Source: Octopus vulgaris (taxonomy: Eukaryota). Taken from it: a DNA stretch of 64,000 bases. The notes under the pieces were generated by a model, which had not been told where the DNA came from, searched no databases, and was given only the letters and a program-made list of their open reading frames with translations. Below, piece by piece: positions 39,665-52,914 of this stretch; the first letter of the stretch is position 1; each line of letters opens with the position of its first letter. The translations under genes and the position numbers were made by a program. The stretch covers positions 72,664,001-72,728,000 of the forward strand of contig OX597822.1 in NCBI GenBank assembly GCA_951406725.2, given 5' to 3'.

Positions 39665-40270
39665 TTTCAAATTCCGCCGAGGTTCACTTTGCTTTTTATC
39701 ATTTCCAGTATGATAAATCAAGTACCAATAAAACACTGGAGTCGATGTAATCGTCTAGCATCCTCCTGCTCCAAAATTTCAGCCGTTCTGCTTGTAGTAG
39801 AAAGGATTATTAGAATATTCTTAAGGTGGCGAGCAGACAGAATTGTTAGCACGCTCAATAAGGTTCTTAGCAGTCTTTTGTCCGTCTTTATACTCTGAGT
39901 TCATTTTCCGCCGAGATCTAAGTTGCCTTTCATCCTTTCGGGGCCGATGAAAGAAGTACCAGATACGTACTGGGGTTCATGTAATCGACTAGCCCCATCC
40001 CACAAAGTGTCAAGCCTTGTGTTTATAGTAGAAAGGATTATTAAGATATTCTTAGGGCGGCGGGCTGGCAGAATCGTTAGCACACCGGGAAAAAGAATTA
40101 GCGGCATTTCGTCCATCTTTTTTTACTCTGAGTTCAAATTTCACTGAGGTTGACTTGGACTTTCATCCGTTCGGAGTCGATAAAATAGGTACCAGTTGAG
40201 TATGAGGTCGAAGTAATCTTGACGGCTTTCCTCGAAATTGCTGGCCTTGCCTAAATTTCAAACCAATATT
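39665..40270 (+). mobile_element. Three tandem SINE family B units
   Basis: Period about 235 bp. Units are joined by TAGTAGAAAGGATTATTA(G/A)(A/G)ATATTCTTA(A/G)GG at about 39796 and 40026. Confidence 0.85.
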
Positions 40271-40919
40271 AGGACGATTCCTAAATTTACTGAAGCGGCC
40301 GCTTATGTTTTAGTTGGCGGTGGTTGCAATAATAATATTGCAGACACCTGTAAACTTCCTTCTTCCAATGCTACGAATATACCATAGGTAGAATTTGTCT
40401 TTGTGCTAGAAACAGTTACCAATCAAGTAACGATTATATTTCGGAACAATGCTTTAAACACTATGAAATAGTGGTGCTAAGTATACGGCATTGCTTTTCC
40501 TTCCGAGTTTGTTTGTTTGATGTTTGTTTGTTGTGGTATTAAGTTTTTCCAGATAAAAACTGCATAAGAGGGCCTGATATAACTGCATACAGGAGCCCTT
40601 CAATTGTGGCTTTGTCGTAGGGTAAGACACTTATGTACGAAATGACTCGAGATGCTGGAGATGATTTTGTGCAATTAATATAGGAAACGATTTGAGTCTA
40701 TTAAGGACTCATGAGATTATTGAGCTAAGTTGAAGTGTAGCGTTAGGAGTTTTCTGTCGTAAGATTCGCTTTACTCTGACCATCAAGATGAATTTCTTGA
40801 ATGTAGGGAACATTCGATTCTTGCGAGCGTTGATAGTGGCAATAAGAACACCATCATCATCATGACCATCATTCTATGAGCACTATAGAGTATAAGTGAC
40901 CGAGATAAAACTTGCGCTC

Positions 40920-41085
40920 CTAAGCGGGGCGCCTGTCCTTTGCAGGGTTACAGCTGAGCAACTGGAGTAACCTGAAATGAAATGTTTTGCTCAAGAACAG
41001 AACGCACCGCCCAATCGGCGATTGGAAACTACGATCATTGGATTGTATGTGCAACGCTCTAACCATTCGGTTACACATCTCCACC
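40920..41085 (-). mobile_element. Diverged tRNA-headed SINE (same family as 34050-34236)
   Basis: ACTGGAGTAACCTGAAATGAAATGTTTTGCTCAAGAACAGAACGCA..GCAACGCTCTAACCATT. Confidence 0.65.
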
Positions 41086-41761
41086 CTCCCTTGCATACGA
41101 TTATGCTTCGCTCTCTCTCTCTACCTTTACTCCACTCTGTCCTTCTCTCTCCTGAGCAGAAACGAGTAAAGAAGGTGCACTTTCCAGGTCCATAAAAAAC
41201 CGCATGTAGAGCATAATCCAAATTACCCTAACCCGTATTTCTTAACTTAGTAAGCGTACTTGATAAAACAAGGAGCCAGAGATAACACAGATAAATTTGA
41301 TTCTTTTTTTTCTTGCATTCCCTTCTAAAACCAATCCAGTTGGGTTTTGGAAAATATAATTCCTTATATTGTTCCTACTCAGAGATTTTATATAATATAA
41401 AACATACGCAGAATAAGTATTCTTGCGGTGTAAGTTTTGTTTGTAAATTATGGAAAATTATGTAATTTCATGAAATCTTGTCTATATAAACAATAACCAG
41501 TAGTCGTGAATGAAAATAATTTATCAATTTTGGCGACAAAAACGAAATTTTCGTCATCACAGACATATATAATTACACACGAAGACACAGATGTGTGCAT
41601 GTATATAACCGTATATGCCTATATATGTGTGTATATACATGTGTTTTTGTGTGCACTCTCGACACTTGCACTGCGTTCCATTGTACTTACTTTTTCGGCT
41701 TCTGTGAGTTTATATATATATACACACACATACACACACACACATATATATATACACACTC

Positions 41762-41801
<40 letters not shown>

Positions 41802-41826
41802 GTATCTATATATACATATATATCTG

Positions 41827-41881
<55 letters not shown>

Positions 41882-43149
41882 TTGCACATATATATACCTG
41901 CACATATATATATAAAACACACACATATACACGCGGACACTAATAAACATAACGTATGTATGCATTAGATATCAAAACAGAAAAAGAAATTCTTTTTTTT
42001 CCTATTTAAGCACAATTTCAACCGAAAGAAAATAATACATTAATTCATAAATATATAAATTGGAAAGAAAAAAATAAATCAAACTATTAATATCAGTGTT
42101 AAAATGTGAAACTTCCTTATTTGGCACCCGAGTGGTGGCAGATATTGTATTTTGCTCATAATTTATATGTATATAAGTTCCTGTATGTCTAGGTTTTAAT
42201 CTGACAGCCGAGTTCTGAGGAGCTTTGATAATGTAGGTTTTACAAAGGTCAAAGCGATATGAATAACTATTGTATCATAAAAAAAGGAAATAGCTCTCAT
42301 TCAGGAGTCATATGCGTTTCCATGCCTACTGTAAAGAAAGAAGATATAAATGGGGTACATACTCTCATTTCATTATCAAATGTCGCTCACTATAAATGAT
42401 GTTATGTGAATAACTTTAAATGAATGAACATTCTCGCGAATATATAAATACGTAATATTTATTTTTTATGTGTATAATGCAATAACCACTGATATATATA
42501 TATGTGTACGCAAACATAAATACTTTCATACATACATAAACACACGCCTAAATACATTTCTGCGTACATATAGACACATAGATACTTACATGTACGTGCA
42601 TGCGCGCGCGTGTGCTAGTGCGTGATGCTATTAGCATAAGTCACGTTGCTGATCGTAAATCGTAAATCAACCGAATAAAGTCTTTATGGTCATATATTTT
42701 GATTAGATAAAGCTTACGCTTAATGTAGGCCTAATGATATCTACGAAATATGTATGTATGCACAAGCATACCTCGTCAAAGTTATGTATCACACACACAC
42801 ACACAACCCCCACCCACCCACACACACACAACTCCCACACACACATACAACCCCCACACATCTCATTCATATATACGTAAATACATGTCTATATATATAT
42901 TTAAAAGTGTGTGTGTATATATGTATATACATATACTCATATATATATGTATATATGTATGTATATATATATATATAAATATATACATACTCATATATGT
43001 ATGTATTTATATATTATGCATGTGCATAATATATATATTATGCATGTGTATAGGCGCACATACGCACACACACTCATCTGTATGTATAAGTACATGATGG
43101 TTGCTTCTGCAGTTGAAGGGGAGGACATGAATGTAAAGAGACGAATAGG

Positions 43150-43204
<55 letters not shown>

Positions 43205-43854
43205 GAAGTTACATCTACTTGCGATGGACGCACGAATGCAATTTTAGTCCAGGTATGGATTATGTGTGGAACTCTGCTTAGAAACTTCAAGTAACACCTA
43301 TTGCCTGTTGCCGCTGCCATATTCCGTCGCCATAGGATTTTCAAATCGACTTCAAACTTCCACCACGGTGAATTTGTGTTAAGAGGCACGGGCTTCTGTT
43401 TCCCATCACACTCTCTCGTCAGATATCCTAGACTCTGGTGCATATGAATGTCACTTGGGAAAACGCTATCTTTGGGAAAAGATGCATAGACACTGGTAGA
43501 TTGTCACAAGGTGATTAAGGAGCTCTCTCTACCTCAGTTTTTGAACCAGTGTGTTCCTTCTCCTAGACAAACTGTTAACCAGGCTCAAGATTTCTGTCCA
43601 CGCATTTTTAGATAGCCATTGGCTCTTCTGAGTTCCCCATTCCTTTGCCGGGTTTCGTTTTTCATTCCGCAACGTTTCCTGAAATCAATATTTCACCCTC
43701 ATGAGCAAGCACGTCTAGTGAGGTTGTCGGTTTGATTGCTGACGGCCCGACCATGTTACAGTTGTATATACATATACAAATAATATATGTGTGTGTGGTT
43801 GTGTGTGTGTGTGTGTGTGTCTGTGTGTGTGTATGCATATGTGTGTATATACAT

Positions 43855-44490
43855 AAGGAAAATAAGACAAGGTAGAAAATGCTAAAATAATTTTGTCATG
43901 AAGAACATTTTAGAACCAATTTCAGTCTTTGCAACGTTTTCAATTTAGAGTAAAGGATGAAAAACAATTAAATTGTGGAAAAATGAAATGAAATGTTTTT
44001 TAAAAATATTACCACAGTTTTCATATACAAGGGATATTTTTCTTTTTTTCTGTCTGTCTGTGTGTCGTTTTTTACTCTTGTGGGTGCTTGGTAGCAGGTA
44101 GCAGCAGTCCTAATATTTGACATGAATTCTTGGTTCTGACTGTTTAAGCAGTAGTAGTGGCTGAGAAACGAGGCGAAGAAGAAGAAGGAGTAGGAAAAGA
44201 AGAGAAAGAATAATAAAAATGCAGGAGTGGTATGATAGTAACAGGGAGTTTGTGGACTCCTCTTAAATGGTCAAGTGACATAAAAGTGTCTTGTTGTGGT
44301 TGTAATAGCAGTGACTGAAATTGTTCTGAATAATTTCATGGCTACTGAGTGTTCTGAATATATTGTTTTTAATATTTGCGTGGGTATTGTTCTAAGGCCC
44401 TTGTAATAGTATCATTTGTGGTGGACGCATTCAAACAGGGTTTATATTTTGTGATAAAATATGACGCTTTGCTAATGTGCTGACTACAGG
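43855..44490 (-). mobile_element. Probable PLE 3' remnant (GIY-YIG end, UTR, pseudo-LTR)
   Basis: Minus strand near 44480-44427 reads [18 protein letters not shown], resembling the GIY-YIG C-terminal E..I....P.LN motif. Bounded by microsatellites. A very degenerate hammerhead-like GACTGAAATTGGTT lies near 43912-43927. Confidence 0.5.
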
Positions 44491-44517
44491 TTACATCGTC
44501 CCTGAATTTATGTAACT

Positions 44518-44626
<109 letters not shown>

Positions 44627-44651
44627 ATATATATATATACATATATATATG

Positions 44652-44694
<43 letters not shown>

Positions 44695-45139
44695 ATATAT
44701 GTAGGTTTTAATGTTTTGCATTCTTGTCCCATTTTTGTAATTTTTTATATACAAAAATATAGCAGCGTACGTACACTTTGCCTCTCATATATATATATAT
44801 ATATATAATGATAAATAATATGCTTTGTTAATTCGCAATTTTACAACCTAAAGGCAGAAATAGATACGTCACTATAATAAACAAAGTGCACTAATCAGCA
44901 CCAGTATTGCTAGAAATAAGAGTCAAAACAACACCCACAAAAGCACTCTCTTCATAACTGACAAGGGCGACAAGTTTCTTACGGTCGCAGATAGAGCCAG
45001 ATCACCGAAGATTTCGCATTTTGATACTTAACACATCTTAACGGTCATCAGTGGCTCTCACCGTGCGTAGGATTAAACTCATCTCGCCTTGTCAGCGTCT
45101 AAGATTTCTGTTGAAATATCTAGATATATTTACAAGCAT

Positions 45140-45348
45140 TATGACGGCAAGCTGGCAGAATCGTTAGCTCGCTGGACAAGATACTTAGCGCTGCCTTGGC
45201 GTTCTGAGTTGAAATTCTGCCGGGTTCGTCTTTACCTTTCATCAATTTAGCGCTGAATATATAAATACCTGTTGAAAACTGGAGTGGATGTAATCGACTT
45301 ATCCCCTCTCTGAAATTGCTGGTGTTGTGGCCAAAATTTGAAAGCAAT
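45140..45348 (+). mobile_element. SINE family B monomer with 16-bp TSD
   Basis: Flanks ATATATTTACAAGCAT (45124) and ATATATTTACAAACAT (45349). Confidence 0.85.
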
Positions 45349-45546
45349 ATATATTTACAAACATATGCGTAGATATCTGAAATCCTGTATATCTACATCT
45401 GTCTAGATATGTGTGTGTGTTCGTGATTGTGTGCGTGTATAGTGTATATGAATGGGCATTCATTGCTTTGGTAGTTGTAGTTTTTTAATTAATACTTGCT
45501 GAAGCAAAGTGACATCCACTCTATTATTTCCTGAAGATGTGTTGTA

Positions 45547-45923
45547 ATTAAAACCAGCATTGAGAAAAAGATACCAAATTAGTAAAATGATGGTTTACCG
45601 AGTCCAGAGCAAATTTGTTCTTAACCTAGATATTGGAGGAACGTGAAGTCAAACAAAATGCATCATTCGGTGCAGGATTTGATACCACAATCGTGAGTAC
45701 AACAGCCTAACCACTAAGCCACATACCCCCCCCCCCCCCACACACACACACATTAAAACCAGCGTTGAGAAAAAGATACCAAATTAGTAAAATGATGGTT
45801 TACCGTGTCCAGAGCAAATTTGTTCTTAACCTAGATATTGGAGGAACGTGAAGTCAAACAAAATGCATCATTCGGTGCAGGATTCGATACCACAATCGTG
45901 AGTACAACAGCGTAACCACTAAG

Positions 45924-45928
<5 letters not shown>
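45547..45928 (+). repeat. Recent tandem duplication, unit about 205 bp
   Basis: 45547-45723 and 45752-45928 differ at only a few positions; each ends in a CA tract. Confidence 0.92.
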
Positions 45929-45991
<63 letters not shown>

Positions 45992-46503
45992 ACATACACA
46001 CAGCCATCAAACGAAATGTCAAGCCTCGCTTAACATTACTTCTACAATAAATTTCACTGTCTTTTCATTACAGTTCCTCCTTCAGTAACGTTGTTCTGTT
46101 ATTTATGAACTTGTTTTAAAATGCACTTCAATTTAACACACACACACACACATACACATACAAACATACGCGCACAGCCGCACACAAGGATGTATGTGCG
46201 TCTTTGTACGGGAGTAGCGTTTGCGCATGCGTATGTTTTTGTTTAGCAATCAATAAATGTAGATTATATGTTTACTAGGAGACAGTTGGTGATTTATTCC
46301 GTTGCTATTCAGAGATTTTTCCCACGTATGACCGATCAGATGAGTCGTCGTTGTCATTATCTGTTCGTGGGAAGTTGTTTTGTTGATAATCTCAGACGAC
46401 ATATCCACATAATTTGTTAATTGAAAATCATTTCCATAGACAGAATCTTTAATGGCCAACTGAGAAATTTGCAATGCATCATGAACACTGCTTACTTACG
46501 ATA

Positions 46504-46700
46504 TTCATTTCAAGTTTTGGCACCAAGCCATCAATTTTAGGGGATAAATACCCAAGGCTCAACTCGTATTTATTTTAGCGAGTCCAAAAGGATGAATGGC
46601 AAAGCTGACCTCAATGGAATTTGAAATCAGAACGTAAAGACGGGCGAAATGCCGCCAAACATTTTTACACGGCGTGCAAACGATTCTGCCTTTTCGCTGT
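46504..46700 (-). mobile_element. SINE family B monomer with perfect 13-bp TSD
   Basis: CTTACTTACGATA at 46491-46503 and 46701-46713. Confidence 0.85.
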
Positions 46701-47024
46701 CTTACTTACGATAGTTCCAGTTCAATAGCGTATTGAGGCTCCACACCTTCATAGATTAAGTCAATACATAAACAACATCATAAAACTTATGATGCAGTAA
46801 CAGAAATATACACGTACGATTCTCGATGTCCATTTCCGATGTGTTTAACAGATGCTGTATTACTTGATTACTTGCCACTTTATTTTCCTTGCTGTAGTAA
46901 CCAAGGTTAATGTCCACTGAGGATAGGTGCTTGGAATAGCTGGGACAGTGGTTCTCAAATGGTGTCCATATTGCTTTTGAGAGTTCATACAAGATTTTGT
47001 TAAGATTTATGTACAATATATTTG

Positions 47025-47430
47025 TCTCTTTATTGCCCTCAGGGGGCTAAACATAGAGACGACAAACAAAGGGATTGAGACGATTACATCGACCCCAGTG
47101 CGTAACTGGTACATATTTAATAGACCCCGAAAGGAGGAAAGGCAAAGTCGACCTCGGCGGAATTTGAACTCAGAACGTAACGGCAGACGAAATACCTATT
47201 TCTTTACTATCCACAAGGGGCCACACACAGAGAGGACAAACAAGGACAGACAAACGGATTAAGTCGATTATATCGACCCCAGTGCGTAACTGGTACTTAA
47301 TTTATCGACCCCGAAAGGATGAAAGGCAAAGTCGGCTTCGGCGGAATTTGAACTCAGAACGTAACGGCAGACGAAATACCGCTGGGCATTTCGCCCGGCG
47401 TGCCAACGTTTCTGCCAGCTCGCCGCCTTT
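47025..47430 (-). mobile_element. SINE family B dimer, young
   Basis: Full unit at 47198-47430 plus a head-truncated unit. Flanks share TGTACAATA (47010 and 47434). Confidence 0.9.
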
Positions 47431-47527
47431 TTGTGTACAATAGATTGTTATACTTCTAAGATACATAAAATATTCTAACAATTTTCTTTTTTCAATTCCA
47501 GACAATATTTAATTATGAAAGTATAAT

Positions 47528-47625
47528 AGCTCAAAGTTGGTTTACAGATATTCAACTATCTCTTTCGTATTCATATATTTACAGTTTAGATCTTGATTAT
47601 AAAATAATATGAAAACATTATTCTA
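47528..47625 (+). mobile_element. Solo copy of the left end of the Tc1/mariner element at 48394
   Basis: GCTCAAAG..GGTTTACAGATATTCAACTATCTCTTTCGTATTC..ATGAAAACATTATTCTAT is near-identical to 48401-48499. Confidence 0.85.
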
Positions 47626-47844
47626 TGCTTATTTGGGGCAATGAATGGCAAAGAAGGTCCAGTCGAATAAAATAGAAAACAAAAGGGGTCGATAAGCAAA
47701 AATAAAAAAAATTATTGATTGTAGGGAGAACACAATGAGAATCTGTGCTGGAGAGTAATCACATTGTTGGCTAAAGGCGTCAAATGCTATTGGAACGTTT
47801 TTCTGTTAGTTTTCTTTTTTCTTTTCTGTTTTTGGGTTGTCAAG

Positions 47845-47887
47845 TGGTGGTAGTGGGGGAAGGGGGAAAACAAACACAAAAACATAA

Positions 47888-47981
<94 letters not shown>

Positions 47982-48140
47982 ACGACGGGCTTCTTTTCCG
48001 TTTCGTCTACCAAATCCAAGGCTTTGGGCGGTCAGAGGCTATAGCAGAAGACACTTGCTCAAGGAGCCACACAATAAGACTGAACCCAGAACCATGTGGT
48101 TGGTAAGCAAACAACTTACCACACAGCCACTCCTGCGCCT
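47845..48140 (-). mobile_element. SINE family A 5' portion
   Basis: Head ends CACAGCCACTCCTGCGCCT at 48140; internal (TA)n. Confidence 0.85.
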
Positions 48141-48393
48141 ATGTATCTTTTATACTTTAGTTATTTTAGTTCATGGTTTGCAACAATGCTGCATGTGGAG
48201 TGGGGTGCACCGCTATTAGGAACTTAGTGAAATAAATCAAACCCAGTGATTATGTTTTAAGCGTAGCCCTCATTCTATCGGCCAATTGGAACGAAAGGAA
48301 ACGTAAGTTAGAGTGCCAAAGACAATTCAACGCTGTTTGCAAATTGGTGTGGGGGTAAAGACGCAAATACAAAGGCACAACATATACATAATA

Positions 48394-48946
48394 CAGGGTG
48401 GCTCAAAAGTAGGTTTACAGATATTCAACTATCTCTTTCGTATTCATATATTTACAGTTTAGATCTTGATTATAAAAAAGTATGAAAACATTATTCTATC
48501 CCAATTTAGTTAATTTTGTCAGGCTCTCTTCTCAAACCTTTCCTCGGTAAGGATTTGAAAGACGGGGCAGCATCGAATGGCCACCACGTTCACCCGACCT
48601 GACACCAATGGATTTCTTTTTTGTGGGTGTTGCAGGAAACAAGGTTTGTGATAAGAATCCCAAAACAGTAAATGAATTAAAAGATTACATTTCTGGGGCA
48701 TTTACCGAAATAGATGGAGATCGGAATTTGTGCTGCACTATGTGTCAGAGTATTCTGAAGAGGTCTGAAGAATGTTGCAATGTTGGAGGAGGACATTTTG
48801 AACATTTTGAGGAATTAAAATTTGACTGTTTAAGATGTGCATAAAAAAACATGATTGTAAGATTGAAATTTAAATGTAATAAAATGTTTTAAAATAAATT
48901 CAAAGTGCCTACGTGATAACTGTAAACCTTCTTTGGGGCCACCCTC
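48394..48946 (+). mobile_element. Internally deleted Tc1/mariner-superfamily transposon with both TIRs
   Basis: TA|CAGGGTGGCTCAAAAGTAGGTTTACAG ... CTGTAAACCTTCTTTGGGGCCACCCTC|TA. Internal frame EWPPRSPDLTPMDFFFVG..PKTVNELKDYI..CNVGGGHFEHF gives the third catalytic residue as D. Confidence 0.92.
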
Positions 48947-49963
48947 TATACAGATGTGTGTATGAGTGTGTGTGTCTGTGTACCTCTGTGTGTGTATACA
49001 TGACAGGTTTCCGTACAGTTCCTCTCTGTCAAATTCACTTAGAACATATTTGTTGGCCTATACTAAAAGTCCCTGGCCCAGTATGCCACGCAATGGGACT
49101 GAAGTTGAAGCCCAGTAGTTGTAAAAAAACTTCGTAACCATACAGATATATATGTACAGACTAATGTATTTGTTACTGAATATAGAAGCAGAGACTATAT
49201 CGTAATAGAAAATAGAAAATAAGATGGAAAATTTAAAGTGATTGCTCAACCTGATCAAAATAGCATCCGAATATACCTCAAATTACACAACAGTCATATT
49301 TTGGCAAAGCAATGCACACCGAATAATCTACTGTTAAATGGGGTGTTTTGAAAAGAAGATATTTTAATTTTAGTTACAGTTCGAATACTATTGGCCATTT
49401 ATGATGTAGAACAGGGTAGTGATTTAGGTCAAGCAAAATTCAATAATCAGTGAAACGGATCATATATGCCTATTTATACATATATGATGTGTGTGTGTGT
49501 GTGTGTCTGTGCATGTGTGTATATATGCATACTTACATACTTATATATACGTAGATAGATATATATGCAAATAGATAGATAAATCGATAGATAGATAGAT
49601 TTAAGGACTGTTACATGATTAATACTGAAACACCATTGCCTTTCCTGATTATAGCGCGATTTTATATTTTATGTTTAACTTTAAATATTTCGTATCTCAG
49701 CGTGTTTTGTCCATTATTTTCCTTCTCCTTCACACACACACTTTCTCTCACTCTCTCTTTCACTCTCTCACTCTCTCTTTCACTCTCTCACTCTCTCTTT
49801 CACTCTCTCACTCTTTGTTTCACTCTCACACTGTCTCTCTCATCTCCCATCTTTCTAATGAAGGACTATACTAAAAACTTTAAAAACCTACTCTTTTTTC
49901 ACCTTTACTGAGCGTCATACTAACGCATTTCATGCGTACGTCTTCTTGGTTTTTTTCTTATTT

Positions 49964-49996
<33 letters not shown>

Positions 49997-49999
<3 letters not shown>

Positions 50000-50914
50000 G
50001 GAATTTAAAAAACACAAAAGACGAAGACAGGTATATAAACAACAAATAGGTATATTAGTCTAACGTTCGGAAAGGTGAAAAAGTCTTTTATGATTCGAGC
50101 CTACACTCTTCAACAGAAAGGAACGAGGAAATAAACAGGGAGAATAAAAAAAAGCTTTAGAGGCTGGCGGTCAATCATGGCGGCTGGCTGGACAGAGGTG
50201 GTCAGACAGAAGAGGTAGGAAGAAGGGGAGGCAATAAAGTAGTGGTGATCCCAAAAACGAAGGTTCACGTGTGTGTGTCTGTAACGTGTGGTTGTGTGGA
50301 TGATGGTGTGTATAATGGAAGTGGCCAGTTCTAGTGTGTGGGGGTGGTATGATGTGGTGTAGTGTGGCATGATGTGGTTGTGCGTAGTATGAGTGCTGGG
50401 AAGTGGGGTTAGGGAAGAAACTGTAGACCAGGAGGTCACGTTGGTTGTTGGTTCGCTTGAAGGAGGGGATGCGTAGGTTGTGCGAAGTGAAGGGGTCGGA
50501 CTGAAGTCGCCGGAAGGCTCAAAGAATGGTGGCGATGCAGGATAGAGTGGTGGTGAGGAGAAACGGGAGATGGGTAACGGCCGGGCGGGTGCGGGGAGTG
50601 AGAGAGGAGAGGGACGGTCCACGGAACGAGCTCTGGCAAGGTCGTGAGGATAGTGTTGAGGGGATATCCACGAAGGATGAAGTGGCGAGCCATGAGTTAA
50701 GACTGAGTTTCAAACTGATGGTTGTCACTGCAGAGTCTGCGCAGACGGAAGACTTGGGATTAGGCGATGGAGAGCTTGGTATATTTAGGGTGGGAGGAGG
50801 AGAAGTTGATGTATGAGTCTGAGTCGGTGTGTTTGTATGGATGGAGGTATTGAGAGCGGAGTGGTGCATGTTGACCGAAATGTCGAGAAATGCGACAGAA
50901 GTATTGGAAATGGT

Positions 50915-50916
<2 letters not shown>
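49997..50916 (-). mobile_element. Penelope-like element fragment: RT C-terminus and linker joined to pseudo-LTR, no endonuclease
   Basis: SNTSVAFLDISV..YKHTDSDSYINFSSSHPKYTKLSIA..RLRRLCSD..MARHFILRGYP..FRRLQSDP..FKRTNNQRDLLVYS (frameshifted), then a pLTR with hammerhead motif at 50085-50120. Confidence 0.88.
50085..50120 (-). ncRNA. Minimal hammerhead motif, degenerate
   Basis: CTTT-CTGTTGA-A-GAGT-GTAG-GCTC-GAAT-CA-TA-AAAG. The sister copy at 59380 supplies an intact GAAACGTA. Confidence 0.6.
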
Positions 50917-50960
<44 letters not shown>

Positions 50961-50971
50961 TTATATATGCA

Positions 50972-51179
50972 CTCTACTCTTTACTTTTTTACTTGTTTCT
51001 GACTGCAGCCATGCTGGAGCACCGCCTTTAGCCGAGCAAATCGCCCCCAGGACTTATTCTTTGTAAGCCTACTACTTATTCTATCGGTTTCTTTTTGCCG
51101 AACCGCTAAGTTACGAGAACGTAAACACACCAGCATCGGTTGTCAAGCGATGTTGGGGGATAAACACAGACACACAAAT

Positions 51180-51216
<37 letters not shown>

Positions 51217-51383
51217 TATATACGACGGGCTTTCAGTTTCCGTCTAACATACCCAATCACAAGGCTTTGGTCGGCCCGGGACTATAGTAGAAGACACTTA
51301 CCCAAGGTGCCACGCAGTGGGACTGAACCCGGAACCATGCGGTTGGTAAGGAAGCTACTTACGACACAGCCACTCCTGCGCCT
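50972..51383 (-). mobile_element. SINE family A, full length
   Basis: Colinear with 18526-18940. Confidence 0.92.
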
Positions 51384-51954
51384 ATATATATAAGTGAGTA
51401 TATGTGTAATATGTAATACATCAAAGCTACCACAAAAGGAAAGTAGAAAGTGTCAGAATAAATATTAACGAATACACGGGGGAAGTTCGCTATATGTAAT
51501 TCACATATGTGAATTGGCCTTTGGAAAATTCATTGAAATCTATGACAAATACCTGAGAAATTGGCTAAATGTATAAACTGTCAACGTTGTATGTGTTACA
51601 AAGTTTCTTGAACGTCATATAATGTGGTTTCATTATTTTACTCTCTTACAACAAAAGGACCAATTTTATATTGCGATGGATACAGGACAATTGGGTCAAA
51701 TTTTCCATCAGCACGTCCTATTGGTCGACGAAACATGTAATAAACTGTATTATGTAGCAAAATTACTATCACGTTCTTTGTAAGAATTCTTCTGTTCTGT
51801 TATATTCTCTTCGATTTTGTCTCTGTCAATAGCCCCGATGTCAATAAAGAACCATGGTACAAAAAAAAAAACAAAAAAAAAACACAGATGACGAGTTGAA
51901 GCAGATTTAGTCGCAATCACTATTTCCCTCCCAAGTTTACAATCTCCACCGCCA

Positions 51955-52300
51955 TTCTTGCCATCATCGTCGTCGTTATCATCATCATCATTATCATCAT
52001 TATCGTCACCGTAATTCTCATCATTTTCAACATCATCGTTACCATCATCACTATCATCATAATCATCATCACCATCATTGTCATCATCATCATAATCATC
52101 ATGATCATAATTATAATCGTCATTCTCTTCTTCCTCCTCCACATCAAAATCATCATCATAATCGTCATGATAATTATTATCGTCATTGTCTTCCACATCC
52201 ACATCAAAATCAACATCATCATTACCACCTCCATCATCATCCTCTTCCACCCCCACCTCGTCGCCTGGTTCTCATCATCATCTTTATTACTATCAACATT
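51955..52300. repeat. Degenerate (CAT)n tract
   Basis: Mixed CAT/CGT/AAT triplets; produces spurious poly-D, poly-M and poly-I ORFs. Confidence 0.85.
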
Positions 52301-52877
52301 TTCATCAAATTTAATTTCATTATTGATATCAGAAAAAAGAAAAAAAAAATGCAGAATCAAAAACAAGACAACGCCATTAACTTATACCAGAAGAACAGTC
52401 GGTATTCATTTCACTTGTAGATCTTTTATTCAATGTATTGGTGTTTTACTGTTGATGGTAATAAAAATTGCAGAACAATCGTAAGAGAACCAAAAAAGCT
52501 CCTCAAAAACAACAGTAAAATGACATAAACATGAAGAATTAAAAAAAAAAACAAGGTAATATCCATAAAGTCGAAACTATGGCCGTGATCATTGTCTGGA
52601 GGTATTACATCTAATTATCTATTTGTAAGTTAGGAATAAAAATAATATATAAATTTTCTAAGAGTAAGAAGTGTGCATCGAAAAGATGTGCTCATTCAGC
52701 AATGATGTCTTGATAGCGAAGAAGTTATATAAGAAAGAAAATGGAAATAAATCAACAAAATGTCGATTTATCGAGATGCTTGCATCATGATGTTCGACAG
52801 CGATGGTGATTGTGATGGTGGTTGTGGTTGAGAGTTTTCTTCTTCGATGTTGTTTTCTCTCTCTCTTATATATATAT

Positions 52878-52914
<37 letters not shown>

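Noticed and set aside
39665-40270. CRISPR-like array
   Set aside because: Eukaryotic context, ~235-bp units that are SINEs, and no cas genes.
43330-43760. RTE-type 5' UTR remnant (TTCCTTCTCCTAGAC motif near 43555)
   Set aside because: Only a ~15-nt resemblance from memory and no second copy in the window; not enough to annotate without a library search.
51750-52484. Acidic poly-Asp protein (168 aa)
   Set aside because: Degenerate (CAT)n microsatellite that is open in several frames on both strands.
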